Positions 40,009 to 49,450 of a DNA stretch of 64,000 nucleotides are shown piece after piece. Numbering within the stretch: the first letter of the stretch is position 1; each line of letters opens with the position of its first letter. The stretch is taken from assembly GCA_022508535.1 (NCBI GenBank), contig JAFLUZ010000004.1, positions 18,130 through 82,129 of the forward strand, written 5' to 3'. The notes under the pieces are model-generated. The model ran no database searches and was not told where the DNA came from. It saw only the letters and a program-made list of their open reading frames with translations. Origin of the DNA: Erysipelotrichales bacterium. GTDB lineage: Bacteria > Bacillota_I > Bacilli_A > RFN20 > CAG-826. A program made the position numbers and the translations under genes.

Positions 40009-41388
40009 ATGAAAAAAAGAAAAACAATAATGATATTATTATCTCTAATTTGTGGAATGGGACTTGTTTCTTGTGGCGATAATAATGAAAATAGTTATGA
40101 AGCCACATATACGGTTACGTGGATTAATGATAATGGCGATATTTTAGAAGTGGATTCAAATGTTAAAGAAGGCACGATTCCTACTTATGATGGAGAAACA
40201 CCTACAAAAGTTGGTAATGCACAATATTCTTATGTCTTTGCTGGATGGGATCATGAAATAGTAGAAGTATATGAAAATACAACGTATACTGCTACATTCT
40301 CACAAAGTACAAATAAATATGTAGTTACGTGGGTTAATTATAATGGCGATGTTTTAGAAGTAGATGAAGATGTAGAATATGGCACAATGCCAAGCTTTGA
40401 TAGTGCTACACCAACAAAGGAAGGAAATGAAGAAATAAACTATATATTTTCTGGTTGGTCTCCTTCTATTAGTGAAGTAAAAGGGAATGCCACATATACT
40501 GCTACATTTATTGAAAGACATAACGGAGAATTAATTCCAGGTGCGGATCCAATTGTTTCTGAAGATGGAAAAACTATTCAATATGGCTTTTATCCTCAAA
40601 CCTATGTTAGTGATAAAACATTAATTGCAGAACTTGATAATTTGACAACAACTGAAGTAAATGGATGGTATTTATATAATGGTGATTATTATACAAAAGA
40701 AATAGCGAAAGTCTATAATAATGAAAACTATACTTTTGATGATGGTACAACTATCATCAATGGAAGTGAATATTGGTTTAAATGTGAAATTATCGAATGG
40801 AAAGTTCTTAGTGTTGAAAGTGGCTCATACTTCTTATTAGCATCTAAATTATTAGATACTCATAATTACTATAAAAATTATTCTAATAGGACAATTGATA
40901 ATGCGACTGTTTATGCGAACAACTATGAACAAAGTGATATTCGAGCCTGGTTAAATGATGATTTCTATAATACAGCATTTAATTTAAATAATAGTTATAT
41001 TCATGAAACAATAGTTAGTAATAGCACTACAACAGATATGAGTAGTGATAATCAATATATTTGTAATGATACAAATGACAAAGTTTATTTGCTAAGTTAT
41101 CAAGATTATTTAAATTCTAATTATGGGTTCGGCTCTAGCGCTGCTGAAGCATCATCTACAAGAGAAGCAAGAACTACTGATTATGCAAGAGCAAGAGGGG
41201 CATGGTGTAATACTAGGGATACATCTAAACCTGGTTTAAAGTTTAATGGATCTTATTGGACACGTTCTCCATCTAATGAATACTATTATTGTGCTTGGAA
41301 CGTTAATTCTAGTGGCTATTTAAGTACATATGCAGTTGATGGTGACAGTCATTGTGTTCGTCCTAGTATTTCAATTAGTGTGGCGTAG
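40009..41388 (+). CDS. lipoprotein with two Listeria-Bacteroides-type repeats (flg_new / InlB B-repeat-like) and a C-terminal domain of unknown function
   Basis: Lipobox LSLICGMGLVSCG. Two roughly 68-aa repeats, YTVTWINDNGDILEVDSNVKEGTIPTYDGETPTKVGNAQYSYVFAGWD...TYTATF and YVVTWVNYNGDVLEVDEDVEYGTMPSFDSATPTKEGNEEINYIFSGWS...TYTATF. The ATG at 40009 follows the RBS GGAGG. Confidence 0.65.
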   Translation: MKKRKTIMILLSLICGMGLVSCGDNNENSYEATYTVTWINDNGDILEVDSNVKEGTIPTYDGETPTKVGNAQYSYVFAGWDHEIVEVYENTTYTATFSQSTNKYVVTWVNYNGDVLEVDEDVEYGTMPSFDSATPTKEGNEEINYIFSGWSPSISEVKGNATYTATFIERHNGELIPGADPIVSEDGKTIQYGFYPQTYVSDKTLIAELDNLTTTEVNGWYLYNGDYYTKEIAKVYNNENYTFDDGTTIINGSEYWFKCEIIEWKVLSVESGSYFLLASKLLDTHNYYKNYSNRTIDNATVYANNYEQSDIRAWLNDDFYNTAFNLNNSYIHETIVSNSTTTDMSSDNQYICNDTNDKVYLLSYQDYLNSNYGFGSSAAEASSTREARTTDYARARGAWCNTRDTSKPGLKFNGSYWTRSPSNEYYYCAWNVNSSGYLSTYAVDGDSHCVRPSISISVA

Positions 41389-41542
41389 AAATATGAAATA
41401 ATCTAAATTGACGATTTTACATAAAATGTAGAGTCGTCTTTTTTTATTATATGAGCTTTTAATATCTTAAAAAAATCTTTTTACAATTCGTAAAATAATA
41501 TATAATGAATTTGCCTTATAAGAGGGCAAAGGGGTATGTTAT

Positions 41543-42499
41543 ATGAAGAACATTTTTAAAACATTTATTTTAGTCGTGTCTTGTTTTTTATTTGGTTTTT
41601 CACAAAAATCAAATATGTCAGTTGCGCATGCTGAAGAAATAGTGGGTTTTTACAACGAATTTAATGATTTATCCACCACTGATATTGGATATTCAAAAGG
41701 TAATAATACAACATTTATTTCGCATAATTATACGTATTATGCATCTTCTTTTTCTTATAATTGTGTAAATAAAGAATTGCAATTTGGAAGAAGTTCTACG
41801 GCAACTATGAATATTTCTAATGAAGACTATTTAAGCATGGAATTTGATCTAAATGGATATGTAGAATATATAAAACTAGATATCGGCACTATAAATTTAA
41901 ATAGAACAGATGCTATACAATTTAAAGTTCAATATTCAACTGATTTTGGAAAAACATATAGTGATGTTAATGGTAGCTTAAAAACTATGACTGGTAATGA
42001 AACGTATTCTTTATATGTAGATAAAACTTATGATGCAGTTAGATTTAAATTTGTAATTGCAAATGTCAACGAAATAGCAGGTAAGAATATGGTGATTCAA
42101 AGTCTTTCAATTACTGGTAGCAATTTATATGTGTATTCTATTGGTCATTTAGTAAAAATGATTGATGAGTGCACCTGTGACAATGTGCGTTTGAATTATC
42201 AAAATATTGCATCAGAATATGAAAAATTAAGTGATTATGAAAAAGAAGTATTTGATAATCTTTTAACAGAGGATGGACAAACCACTTATAAAGAAAGATT
42301 GGATTATATATTAAATTTATGCGCCAAAGAAGATGGAAATAGCAACAGCAGTGTTTCATCAGTATTAACGAACTTATCAAATGGTGATGCTAATTTAAAT
42401 AAAGAATATCGACCTTTTGTATATATCATAATTGCACTTGCTATAATAGTTTTAGGATACTATTTGGTAGTAAAAAATAAATCTAAAAAGAGCAATTAA
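41543..42499 (+). CDS. secreted protein carrying domain Y and a C-terminal TM anchor
   Basis: Signal peptide. ...IQFKVQYSTDFGKTYSDVNGSLKT...YSLYVDKTYDAVRFKFVIANV matches the YSxDFGxTY ... FxFDxIExAxYAIxIA pattern seen in the 21248 and 36807 proteins. The C-terminus FVYIIIALAIIVLGYYLVVKNKSKKSN is an anchor. Confidence 0.6.
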   Translation: MKNIFKTFILVVSCFLFGFSQKSNMSVAHAEEIVGFYNEFNDLSTTDIGYSKGNNTTFISHNYTYYASSFSYNCVNKELQFGRSSTATMNISNEDYLSMEFDLNGYVEYIKLDIGTINLNRTDAIQFKVQYSTDFGKTYSDVNGSLKTMTGNETYSLYVDKTYDAVRFKFVIANVNEIAGKNMVIQSLSITGSNLYVYSIGHLVKMIDECTCDNVRLNYQNIASEYEKLSDYEKEVFDNLLTEDGQTTYKERLDYILNLCAKEDGNSNSSVSSVLTNLSNGDANLNKEYRPFVYIIIALAIIVLGYYLVVKNKSKKSN

Positions 42500-42581
42500 A
42501 ATTTGTAAAAATCTTTAAGCAAACTTCTTTATTTTTCTTAAGAAAAATATTATTATTAAGAATAGAAAAAGGGTGAGCAAT

Positions 42582-43817
42582 ATGTTAATAACAATTTTGG
42601 CAATAGAAGAAATTATTATCCCTATTGTTTTAGGTGTTTTGCTGTTGCTTATTTTATCTTTCTTTTTAATTAAAGCAATTCATAAGCACAAATTACGCAC
42701 TCTTTTTTATCATAAATATAATAAGTTTTTAACGAAAAGTGAGCAAAAACTCAATGTAAATATTAAATCGAAAAAAATAGTTATTAGAGAAAATAATAGA
42801 ATTAATAACAATGATATTTTAAAAAACATTTCTAATTTTGGAATTATAAACTCAAATTGTAATGATCTTATAGCGACATTAAATAAGAATAAACAAAAAA
42901 GAAAAAAAGATTTAAGATTCGATTTAAACGCCTTACAAGAATTACCTAAATTAATCGATGTACGTTTGTTTGAAGACTTAAGAGAACCAAAACTTTTGCA
43001 AGACTTAATAGATTATTTCTTTAAGAAAAGAGTTAGACCTACTATAGACTGGATACTTACTTCCTGTTTTGGTGCAAAAAACTATTATAAATATAAAAAT
43101 TCTGTCTTATATGCGTATAATGGGGCATTAGTGCTAATTAAGATTAATAAAAATAAACTTATCGAACCAGCAGTTTATAGTTATGCTGATTTAAGTGTTT
43201 CAATCGATGTTAAAGTAGATGATAGAATAATGTTAATGTGTGATTTTATCATTAAATATAATGATGAGATTATCATTAGTAAAAGAGTAAGACATCTTAA
43301 ATTATTTAGAAGTAAAGTAGAAGAAATTAACAACCTAGTAATGTTACTTGATTCGTATCAACTATATAACGACTGCGCAAGCATAAGCGATGCAAACAAG
43401 AAGCATGATCATATTAAAAAGATGAATGAGGCAACACTTAAAAAGATTGAAACTATGAATGCTAGGAAGTTTATTTCTTGGGTTCAATTAGCGTTTAAAT
43501 CTCTTTATAAAACAGAAGTAGAACTTAAAAGTGATGACAAGTTTGGAGCGTATCTTCTTATGCAGGCCTCAAGACACACTAGTTTAACTATTATAGGTGT
43601 AAAAAGAAATGCAGGCAAAATTAGTACAACATATATTAATAATCTTATAGAACTACAAAAGAAGACCAAAGCTCTTGAGATATGGATTATAACAAATAAC
43701 GAGTTTTCAAAAGATTCTCTTTCTTTAGCAAATAGTTTGCATATTAGATTAATTAATAATAATGAATTAAAGCATATTATTAATAGATATAATACGAATT
43801 ATTATAAAGGGTTCTAA
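42582..43817 (+). CDS. membrane-anchored protein with a C-terminal Mrr-like restriction-endonuclease fold domain (PD-(D/E)xK)
   Basis: N-terminal TM helix. The C-terminal ~90 aa, SDDKFGAYLLMQASRHTSLTIIGVKRNAGKISTTYINNLIELQKKTKALEIWIITNNEFSKDSLSLANSLHIRLINNNELKHII, follows the Mrr_cat layout (D...xVK.....TTxxFTxxAxxxA...IxLIxxxxL). The catalytic E/Q position appears substituted. The ATG at 42582 follows the RBS AAAGGGTGA. Confidence 0.5.
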   Translation: MLITILAIEEIIIPIVLGVLLLLILSFFLIKAIHKHKLRTLFYHKYNKFLTKSEQKLNVNIKSKKIVIRENNRINNNDILKNISNFGIINSNCNDLIATLNKNKQKRKKDLRFDLNALQELPKLIDVRLFEDLREPKLLQDLIDYFFKKRVRPTIDWILTSCFGAKNYYKYKNSVLYAYNGALVLIKINKNKLIEPAVYSYADLSVSIDVKVDDRIMLMCDFIIKYNDEIIISKRVRHLKLFRSKVEEINNLVMLLDSYQLYNDCASISDANKKHDHIKKMNEATLKKIETMNARKFISWVQLAFKSLYKTEVELKSDDKFGAYLLMQASRHTSLTIIGVKRNAGKISTTYINNLIELQKKTKALEIWIITNNEFSKDSLSLANSLHIRLINNNELKHIINRYNTNYYKGF

Positions 43818-43825
43818 GCATAATT

Positions 43826-43860
43826 AGTGGATAAGTTTTCAATTCTTATTCACTTTTTAT
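43826..43860 (+). terminator. rho-independent terminator after the Mrr-like gene
   Basis: GTGGATAAG-ttttcaatt-CTTATTCAC followed by TTTTTATTT. The stem sequence AGTGGATAAG recurs at 44104. Confidence 0.5.
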
Positions 43861-43884
43861 TTCACTTGTCTACACTAAAATTTC

Positions 43885-43913
43885 TTGACATATTTTTATT
43901 CTAATAACATAAT
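43885..43913 (+). promoter_or_regulatory. orphan sigma-A-like promoter inside a 330-bp intergenic region
   Basis: TTGACA (43885-43890), a 17-nt spacer, then CATAAT (43908-43913). There is no protein-coding gene downstream on this strand for about 2 kb. See the sRNA finding. Confidence 0.4.
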
Positions 43914-44103
43914 AATTTCAGCGAAAGTGTGTGAGACTCAATTAATTAGTCTTCCCCCTCGAATTGGTTCTGTTATTATAGAATGAGGCACTATCGCTTT
44001 TTCTTTTTAATGATGATTTTGAAAGAATACTAGAAAGCAATTCCCAAAAGTCAAAAAAAATTGAAGTTTTGGGAATCGCTATTGTAGATAACAATAAAAA
44101 AAA

Positions 44104-44140
44104 TAGTGGATAAGAAGCAATATCTTATCCACTTTTAATT
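44104..44140. terminator. bidirectional terminator downstream of the minus-strand ABC transporter genes
   Basis: AGTGGATAAG-aagcaatat-CTTATCCACT flanked by A8 upstream and TTTTAATTTATTTT downstream. Confidence 0.6.
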
Positions 44141-44147
44141 TATTTTA

Positions 44148-44981
44148 CTATACAAGTTCTAGACGATGTTCTAGTAAATATACTGTCAATTGATAACCAC
44201 CAATATCAACAGCCAAATCTATTATTAATTGGACGATTAAAGGTATTATGAAAAGAGTTGTTCCTCTTATAGATACTTGAATTATTTGTGTTATGAAATG
44301 GACACCAAATATGAGAAGGAAAAATATCAATACTACCGGATTTTTTTTGATTGATTTTATAACGTTTGTGTTTACTAAAGATCCCGCAATAAAGAATAAA
44401 ATTAGATATGTTGGTATAGCGGCAATTATATTTAACACAATTAGGATTCTAGACCATACTACTAGCGATTGATTGTTATTGTTCATAGCTAAGTATATGG
44501 TATCAAATACTTCGCGAATTTCACTAAAGTCGATACTCTGAAATTCTGCCTTAATTTCTTCAATAGGAATATAGTGAGTTATAATTAAGAATCCTTCACC
44601 TAGCATTATTGAAAGGCCAAGTATTACAACTAAGATGTAACAAACTGACCATGCGATTATAGTAATTATCTTTGACAATACTATTTGCGAGGTTTTATAA
44701 GGCAAAGTGAATGTAAGATATCCTTGCTTTGTAAACAAAGAATCTTTAATGTATTTATAAGAAGTTGTAAGTACTAAAACAGAAATAGCTATAAGTACAC
44801 CAAATACTATTGTTGAAAGAAAACTGAGAATACCAGAAGCAGCAAAATTGTTATTATTTACTGATAAAATTTCTAACCAAATTAGAAGTGGTGTCAAAAT
44901 AGAGATGGCTAATGTCACGATAAACAAAGTAAAGTATTTTTTCTTTGTTTGTAAGAAATCGTGTTTGAGTAGCATTTTCAT
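44148..44981 (-). CDS. ABC-2-type transporter permease (6 TM)
   Basis: 277-aa hydrophobic protein translationally coupled (ATGA overlap) to the upstream ATPase gene. Confidence 0.6.
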   Translation of the reverse strand: MKMLLKHDFLQTKKKYFTLFIVTLAISILTPLLIWLEILSVNNNNFAASGILSFLSTIVFGVLIAISVLVLTTSYKYIKDSLFTKQGYLTFTLPYKTSQIVLSKIITIIAWSVCYILVVILGLSIMLGEGFLIITHYIPIEEIKAEFQSIDFSEIREVFDTIYLAMNNNNQSLVVWSRILIVLNIIAAIPTYLILFFIAGSLVNTNVIKSIKKNPVVLIFFLLIFGVHFITQIIQVSIRGTTLFIIPLIVQLIIDLAVDIGGYQLTVYLLEHRLELV

Positions 44982-45679
44982 CGGAATACCTCCTTAAACA
45001 CTTCGTTTAGTGATTTACTTTCATGAGTGTTGATAATATTTTCTTTTGTATCATCCATAACTACTTCACCTTTTTTGATAAATATAGCGCGATTTAATAT
45101 ACTATCAATATCTTCAATTAGATGAGTGGAAATAATCACTAATGAATTATAGGCATAGTTATTTAAAATTGTGTTAATGATGAAATCTCTTTGTGCTGGA
45201 TCAACACCACCAATAGGCTCATCAAGAACATATATTTTTGCGTTTCTTGATAATACTAGGGCTAGTTGAAGTTTTTCTTTATTACCTTTGGAAAGAGTTT
45301 TGATAACACTAGATGTATCAATATCCATTGTTTTTAGCATGCTTAGCATTTTTTCTTTATCAAAGTTTTCATAAAAATCTGCAAACATGGTAATAACATC
45401 TTTAATGACCATTTCTTCTTTTAAATAAGTAGAATCTGGTAAATAACTAACCATCATTTTGCTTTCTACACCAATGTGTTTATCGTTAATAAGAATTTCT
45501 CCTTGATGGTTTTTCAAAAGTCCCGCAATCAATTTAATAATTGTAGTTTTTCCTGAACCATTTGGTCCTAAAAGTCCAACAATTTGGCCTTCATTTAATG
45601 ATAAGTTAACATTGTTTAAGGCGTTTTGGTTTGCACCTTTATATTTAAATGTTACATTTTTAAATTCTATTAATGCCAT
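44978..45679 (-). CDS. ABC transporter ATP-binding protein
   Basis: Walker A GPNGSGKTT, signature LSKGNKEKLQ, Walker B IYVLDEP, H-loop. Confidence 0.85.
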   Translation of the reverse strand: MALIEFKNVTFKYKGANQNALNNVNLSLNEGQIVGLLGPNGSGKTTIIKLIAGLLKNHQGEILINDKHIGVESKMMVSYLPDSTYLKEEMVIKDVITMFADFYENFDKEKMLSMLKTMDIDTSSVIKTLSKGNKEKLQLALVLSRNAKIYVLDEPIGGVDPAQRDFIINTILNNYAYNSLVIISTHLIEDIDSILNRAIFIKKGEVVMDDTKENIINTHESKSLNEVFKEVFR

Positions 45680-45912
45680 AGGTTTTCTCCTTTGATTTAA
45701 TATTATGACTAATTATAAAGAAAATCAATCATTGTTATCTATGTTTATAAATTTTGACCACATATCACAATTAATCATTTAATTGCAATTTTGTTAAAAA
45801 ATACTTTTTTCCTATTTTTAAGTTTGTCTTGACTATAAGTTATATGAAGACTTTGGATAATATAGATGTAAAAAGTTTTAAAACACTTTATAGCGTGAAT
45901 GGGAGGTAAATA

Positions 45913-46929
45913 ATGTCAAATTCAAAAATAAAAGAAATTGAAAGTGTAGAAAACATTAAATTTTATAAAGAATTCATAGAGTCAAAAATATATGATATTC
46001 GTGGACAAAAAGTAATGCTGGATTTTGAATTAGCAGAAATTTATAATTATTCAACAAAAAATTTTAATAGACAAGTCAACAACAATATTAACAAATTCCC
46101 TAATGATTTTAGATTTCAGTTATCAAAAGAAGAAGTTGATGAGATATCGAGGTGCAAAAATTGCACCTCGATAATGCAAACTACTGGAACTAAAGGAGGT
46201 AGATCGTATTTGCCTTATGCATTCACAGAGCAAGGCATCTATATGTTGATGACTGTTTTAAAAGGAGATGTGGCTACAAAACAAAGCATTTCAATTATTC
46301 GAACTTTTAAAAGTATGAAAGACTATATTATGCATACACATGGCTTATTACCAATTAATGAGATGTTAAAGATAGTAAATAGAGTAGATGCAAATTCTAA
46401 AGCACTTATTGAATTAAAAAATGAAAATGAGATTATCAAAGACACATTAAAAATTGTTATGGATAATTTTATTGATCCAAATATTTATAAACATTTTCTT
46501 TTGCTTGATGGTAATAAAATAGAAGCAGACAATGCTTATCAATCTATATATAAATTAGCAAATAATTCTATTTATATTATTGATGATTATATTGATATCA
46601 AAACCTTAGAATTATTAAAAATTTGCAAAGAAAATATTAAAATCATTATTTTTAGTGATAATAAATCAAGAAATAGTCTTACAAATAATTTTGTTCTTGA
46701 TTTTAAAAATGATACTAATCTTGATATTATCTTTAAAAGAACAAATGGTAAATGCCATGATCGCTATATCATTATAGATTATGAAACAAAGAACGAGAAT
46801 ATTTTCCATTCTGGTGCTTTAGTAAAAGATGCTGGAAACAGAATAACAACTATAACAAAGATTGAAGATAAAAATGTTTATCATTCGATGATTGACTCTC
46901 TTTTGTTAAATCAAAATTATAACATATAG
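45913..46929 (+). CDS. ORF6N (KilA-N-like) domain protein with a C-terminal extension of about 200 aa of unknown function
   Basis: The N-terminal 130 aa, KIYDIRGQKVMLDFELAEIYNYSTKNFNRQVNNNINKFPNDFRFQLSKEE...TGTKGGRSYLPYAFTEQGIYMLMTVLKGD, matches the ORF6N domain consensus. The remainder has no motif I can name. RBS GGGAGG. Confidence 0.6.
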   Translation: MSNSKIKEIESVENIKFYKEFIESKIYDIRGQKVMLDFELAEIYNYSTKNFNRQVNNNINKFPNDFRFQLSKEEVDEISRCKNCTSIMQTTGTKGGRSYLPYAFTEQGIYMLMTVLKGDVATKQSISIIRTFKSMKDYIMHTHGLLPINEMLKIVNRVDANSKALIELKNENEIIKDTLKIVMDNFIDPNIYKHFLLLDGNKIEADNAYQSIYKLANNSIYIIDDYIDIKTLELLKICKENIKIIIFSDNKSRNSLTNNFVLDFKNDTNLDIIFKRTNGKCHDRYIIIDYETKNENIFHSGALVKDAGNRITTITKIEDKNVYHSMIDSLLLNQNYNI

Positions 46930-47090
46930 CTGATTACTAGAATTTTTATTAATAAACTTATGTGTGGATAATTGATTTGATTTTGCATTGATAGTTGCAC
47001 GAAAATATATATTTAATGATATAATCATTAAAAATAGGTGCTAATTCATTAAAGATAGTTTATAATCTTAATTGAATTCGAGGTGTTATT

Positions 47091-47561
47091 ATGGAAAAAA
47101 GACCAGATTATATTACATGGGAAGAATATTTTATGGGTATCGCCCAATTATCAGCATTGAGAAGTAAAGATCCTTCAACACAAGTTGGTGCTTGTATTGC
47201 TAATAGTGATAACAAAGTAGTAAGTATTGGCTATAACGGTATGCCGCATGGACTTAACGACGACCATATGCCTTGGGGACATGGTGAAGGTTTAGAATCC
47301 AAATATTTATATGTATGCCATGCTGAGTTTAACGCTATTTTAAATAGTAATATCTCCAATTTAAAAGACACAAAAATTTATGTGACATTATTTCCTTGTA
47401 ATGAGTGCACTAAAGCAATCATTCAAACAGGAATCAAAGAAGTTATCTATTTAAGTGATAAATATGCAGATACAGTTGAGACTATGGCAAGTAAAAAAAT
47501 GCTTGATATGGCTGGCATTAAATATCGTAAGTTTGAAGGAAAACTAGTTGAGTTTAAATAA
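47091..47561 (+). CDS. comEB: dCMP deaminase (ComEB-type deoxycytidylate deaminase)
   Basis: HAEFNAIL and PCNECTKAI are the CDA-fold zinc-binding motifs. 156 aa. Confidence 0.85.
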   Translation: MEKRPDYITWEEYFMGIAQLSALRSKDPSTQVGACIANSDNKVVSIGYNGMPHGLNDDHMPWGHGEGLESKYLYVCHAEFNAILNSNISNLKDTKIYVTLFPCNECTKAIIQTGIKEVIYLSDKYADTVETMASKKMLDMAGIKYRKFEGKLVEFK

Positions 47562-47563
47562 TT

Positions 47564-47782
47564 ATGGAAAAGAAAAAATTATTTAATAAAGGTTTTTTTA
47601 AACGATTTATCATTTGCTTTTTAGCATATGCATTATTAATGGGTGGTATTATTTCGGCTTTAGGAGAAATACTAACAAACGCCCATATTGCTATTAAAAT
47701 CGTTGTAGGTGTAGCAATTGTTTTGCTTTTCATAGGTTTAATTGTTTATGTAGAATTAACGCATAGAAGGAAGGAAAAATAA
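47564..47782 (+). CDS. small membrane protein (2 TM)
   Basis: 72-aa ORF with two hydrophobic helices. It is tightly packed between comEB and ecfA1. Confidence 0.45.
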   Translation: MEKKKLFNKGFFKRFIICFLAYALLMGGIISALGEILTNAHIAIKIVVGVAIVLLFIGLIVYVELTHRRKEK

Positions 47783-47783
47783 A

Positions 47784-48599
47784 TTGAATATTTTGTCAAT
47801 AAAAGATTTATCGTTTGGTTATGAAAAAGATAAACAAGTTTTGAAAAATATATCGTTAGATATTGAAGAAGGTAAATATGTTTCTCTTATTGGTCATAAT
47901 GGTTCAGGTAAATCAACTTTAGCAAAATTAATCGTTGGATTATTAGAGCTTCAATCTGGTTCGATTGAAGTTTTTGGCGAAGTAATGAATGGCAAAAATA
48001 TTTATAATTTAAGGCAAAACATAGGAATTGTATTCCAAAATCCTGATAATCAATTCATTGGAGCAACAGTTAGAGATGATATTGCTTTTGGTTTAGAAAA
48101 TAACTGTGTTCCCCATGACCAAATGGATGAGATTATTAATGAATTTGCGGGCAAAGTAAATATGTTAGAGTTCTTAGATAAAGAACCAACTAGATTATCG
48201 GGTGGACAAAAGCAACGTGTTGCTATTGCAGGCGTTTTAGCAATGAAACCAAAAATTATTATTTTTGATGAGGCAACTGCAATGCTTGATCCAAAAGGAA
48301 AAAAAGAGATTCGTGAATATATTTTAAAAATGAAACAAGAAGATGAATCTTTGACAATTATTTCTATTACGCATGATATTGAAGAAGCTTATAACTCGGA
48401 TGAAGTTATTATTTTAAATGATGGCGAATTATATTTAAAAGGAAAACCAGAAGAAGTATTCAAAAATGAAGATAAACTAAAAGAAATAAATTTGGATTTG
48501 CCATTTTTGACAAAATTAAAAAATTCACTTAAAAAACATAATGTTGATGTCTTAAATGTTAAGACAATGGAAGAGTTGGTGAATAAATTATGCCAATAA
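47784..48599 (+). CDS. ecfA1: energy-coupling factor transporter ATPase
   Basis: TTG start. Walker A GHNGSGKST, signature LSGGQKQR, Walker B IIIFDEAT. It sits in the ecfA-ecfA'-ecfT order. Confidence 0.9.
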   Translation: MNILSIKDLSFGYEKDKQVLKNISLDIEEGKYVSLIGHNGSGKSTLAKLIVGLLELQSGSIEVFGEVMNGKNIYNLRQNIGIVFQNPDNQFIGATVRDDIAFGLENNCVPHDQMDEIINEFAGKVNMLEFLDKEPTRLSGGQKQRVAIAGVLAMKPKIIIFDEATAMLDPKGKKEIREYILKMKQEDESLTIISITHDIEEAYNSDEVIILNDGELYLKGKPEEVFKNEDKLKEINLDLPFLTKLKNSLKKHNVDVLNVKTMEELVNKLCQ

Positions 48600-49450
48600 C
48601 TTTTGATCATGTCTTTTATACATATTCGAAAAAAACGCCTTTTGAGCAAATTGGATTAGAAGATATTAACATCTCCCTTGATGAATATAAATTTATCGCT
48701 CTTGTGGGACATACTGGTTCAGGAAAATCAACACTTGCTCAACACATTACCGGACTTATTATTCCAGATGAAGGAATAGTTCATGTCGATGAATATGTTA
48801 TTACTCCACAAAAAAAGAAAAACAAAAGTATTAAAAAAATTCGTGAACAAGTGGGACTTGTCTTTCAATTCCCTGAATATCAACTTTTTGAAGAAACTGT
48901 TTTAAAAGATGTCGCTTTTGGACCTAAGAATTTTGGTGCAAGTGAAGAAAATGCGATAAGAAACGCTAAAGAAGCTCTTTTAAAAGTGGGGCTAGATGAA
49001 AGTTATTTTGATCGTTCTCCATTTGATTTGAGTGGGGGAGAAAAAAGAAGAGTCGCAATCGCAGGTATTATTGCTGTTCATCCAAAAGTTTTAATTCTTG
49101 ATGAACCAACCGCAGGACTAGATCCACAAGGATCGGAAAAAATGATGCAATTGTTCCGTGAAATAAATGCAAATGGCACACAAATCATTATGGTAACGCA
49201 TGATATGGATTTAGTTTTAGAATATGCGGATCATGTTATTGTAATGAAGGATGGTAAAGTTGCTAAAGAATCATCGCCACTAGAATTATTCTCTAGTGAT
49301 GATTATCAAGATTTATCATTAGACTATCCACGTGTTTTTGAAGTTGCTACAGAATTAATTAAAAATGGTGCCAAAATAAATATCAAAAATATCAAAAATA
49401 TTGAAACATTAGTAAAAGAAATTTGTAAAGGTAGGGATACTTATGAATAA
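48590..49450 (+). CDS. ecfA2: energy-coupling factor transporter ATPase
   Basis: Walker A GHTGSGKST, signature LSGGEKRR, Walker B ILDEPTAGLD. Confidence 0.9.
   Translation: MPITFDHVFYTYSKKTPFEQIGLEDINISLDEYKFIALVGHTGSGKSTLAQHITGLIIPDEGIVHVDEYVITPQKKKNKSIKKIREQVGLVFQFPEYQLFEETVLKDVAFGPKNFGASEENAIRNAKEALLKVGLDESYFDRSPFDLSGGEKRRVAIAGIIAVHPKVLILDEPTAGLDPQGSEKMMQLFREINANGTQIIMVTHDMDLVLEYADHVIVMKDGKVAKESSPLELFSSDDYQDLSLDYPRVFEVATELIKNGAKINIKNIKNIETLVKEICKGRDTYE

Noticed and set aside
46600-46929. Possible PLD-type HKD motif (HDRYIIID...) in the C-terminal part of the ORF6N protein
   Set aside because: The spacing does not fit HxKx4Dx6G(S/G)xN, and there is Arg where the Lys should be, so it is not a credible HKD site.
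47091-47782. dCMP deaminase plus small TM protein as a nucleotide-depletion antiphage module
   Set aside because: The deaminase is a minimal 156-aa ComEB-type housekeeping enzyme with no kinase or NTPase partner domain. The context (the ecf operon) is core metabolism.
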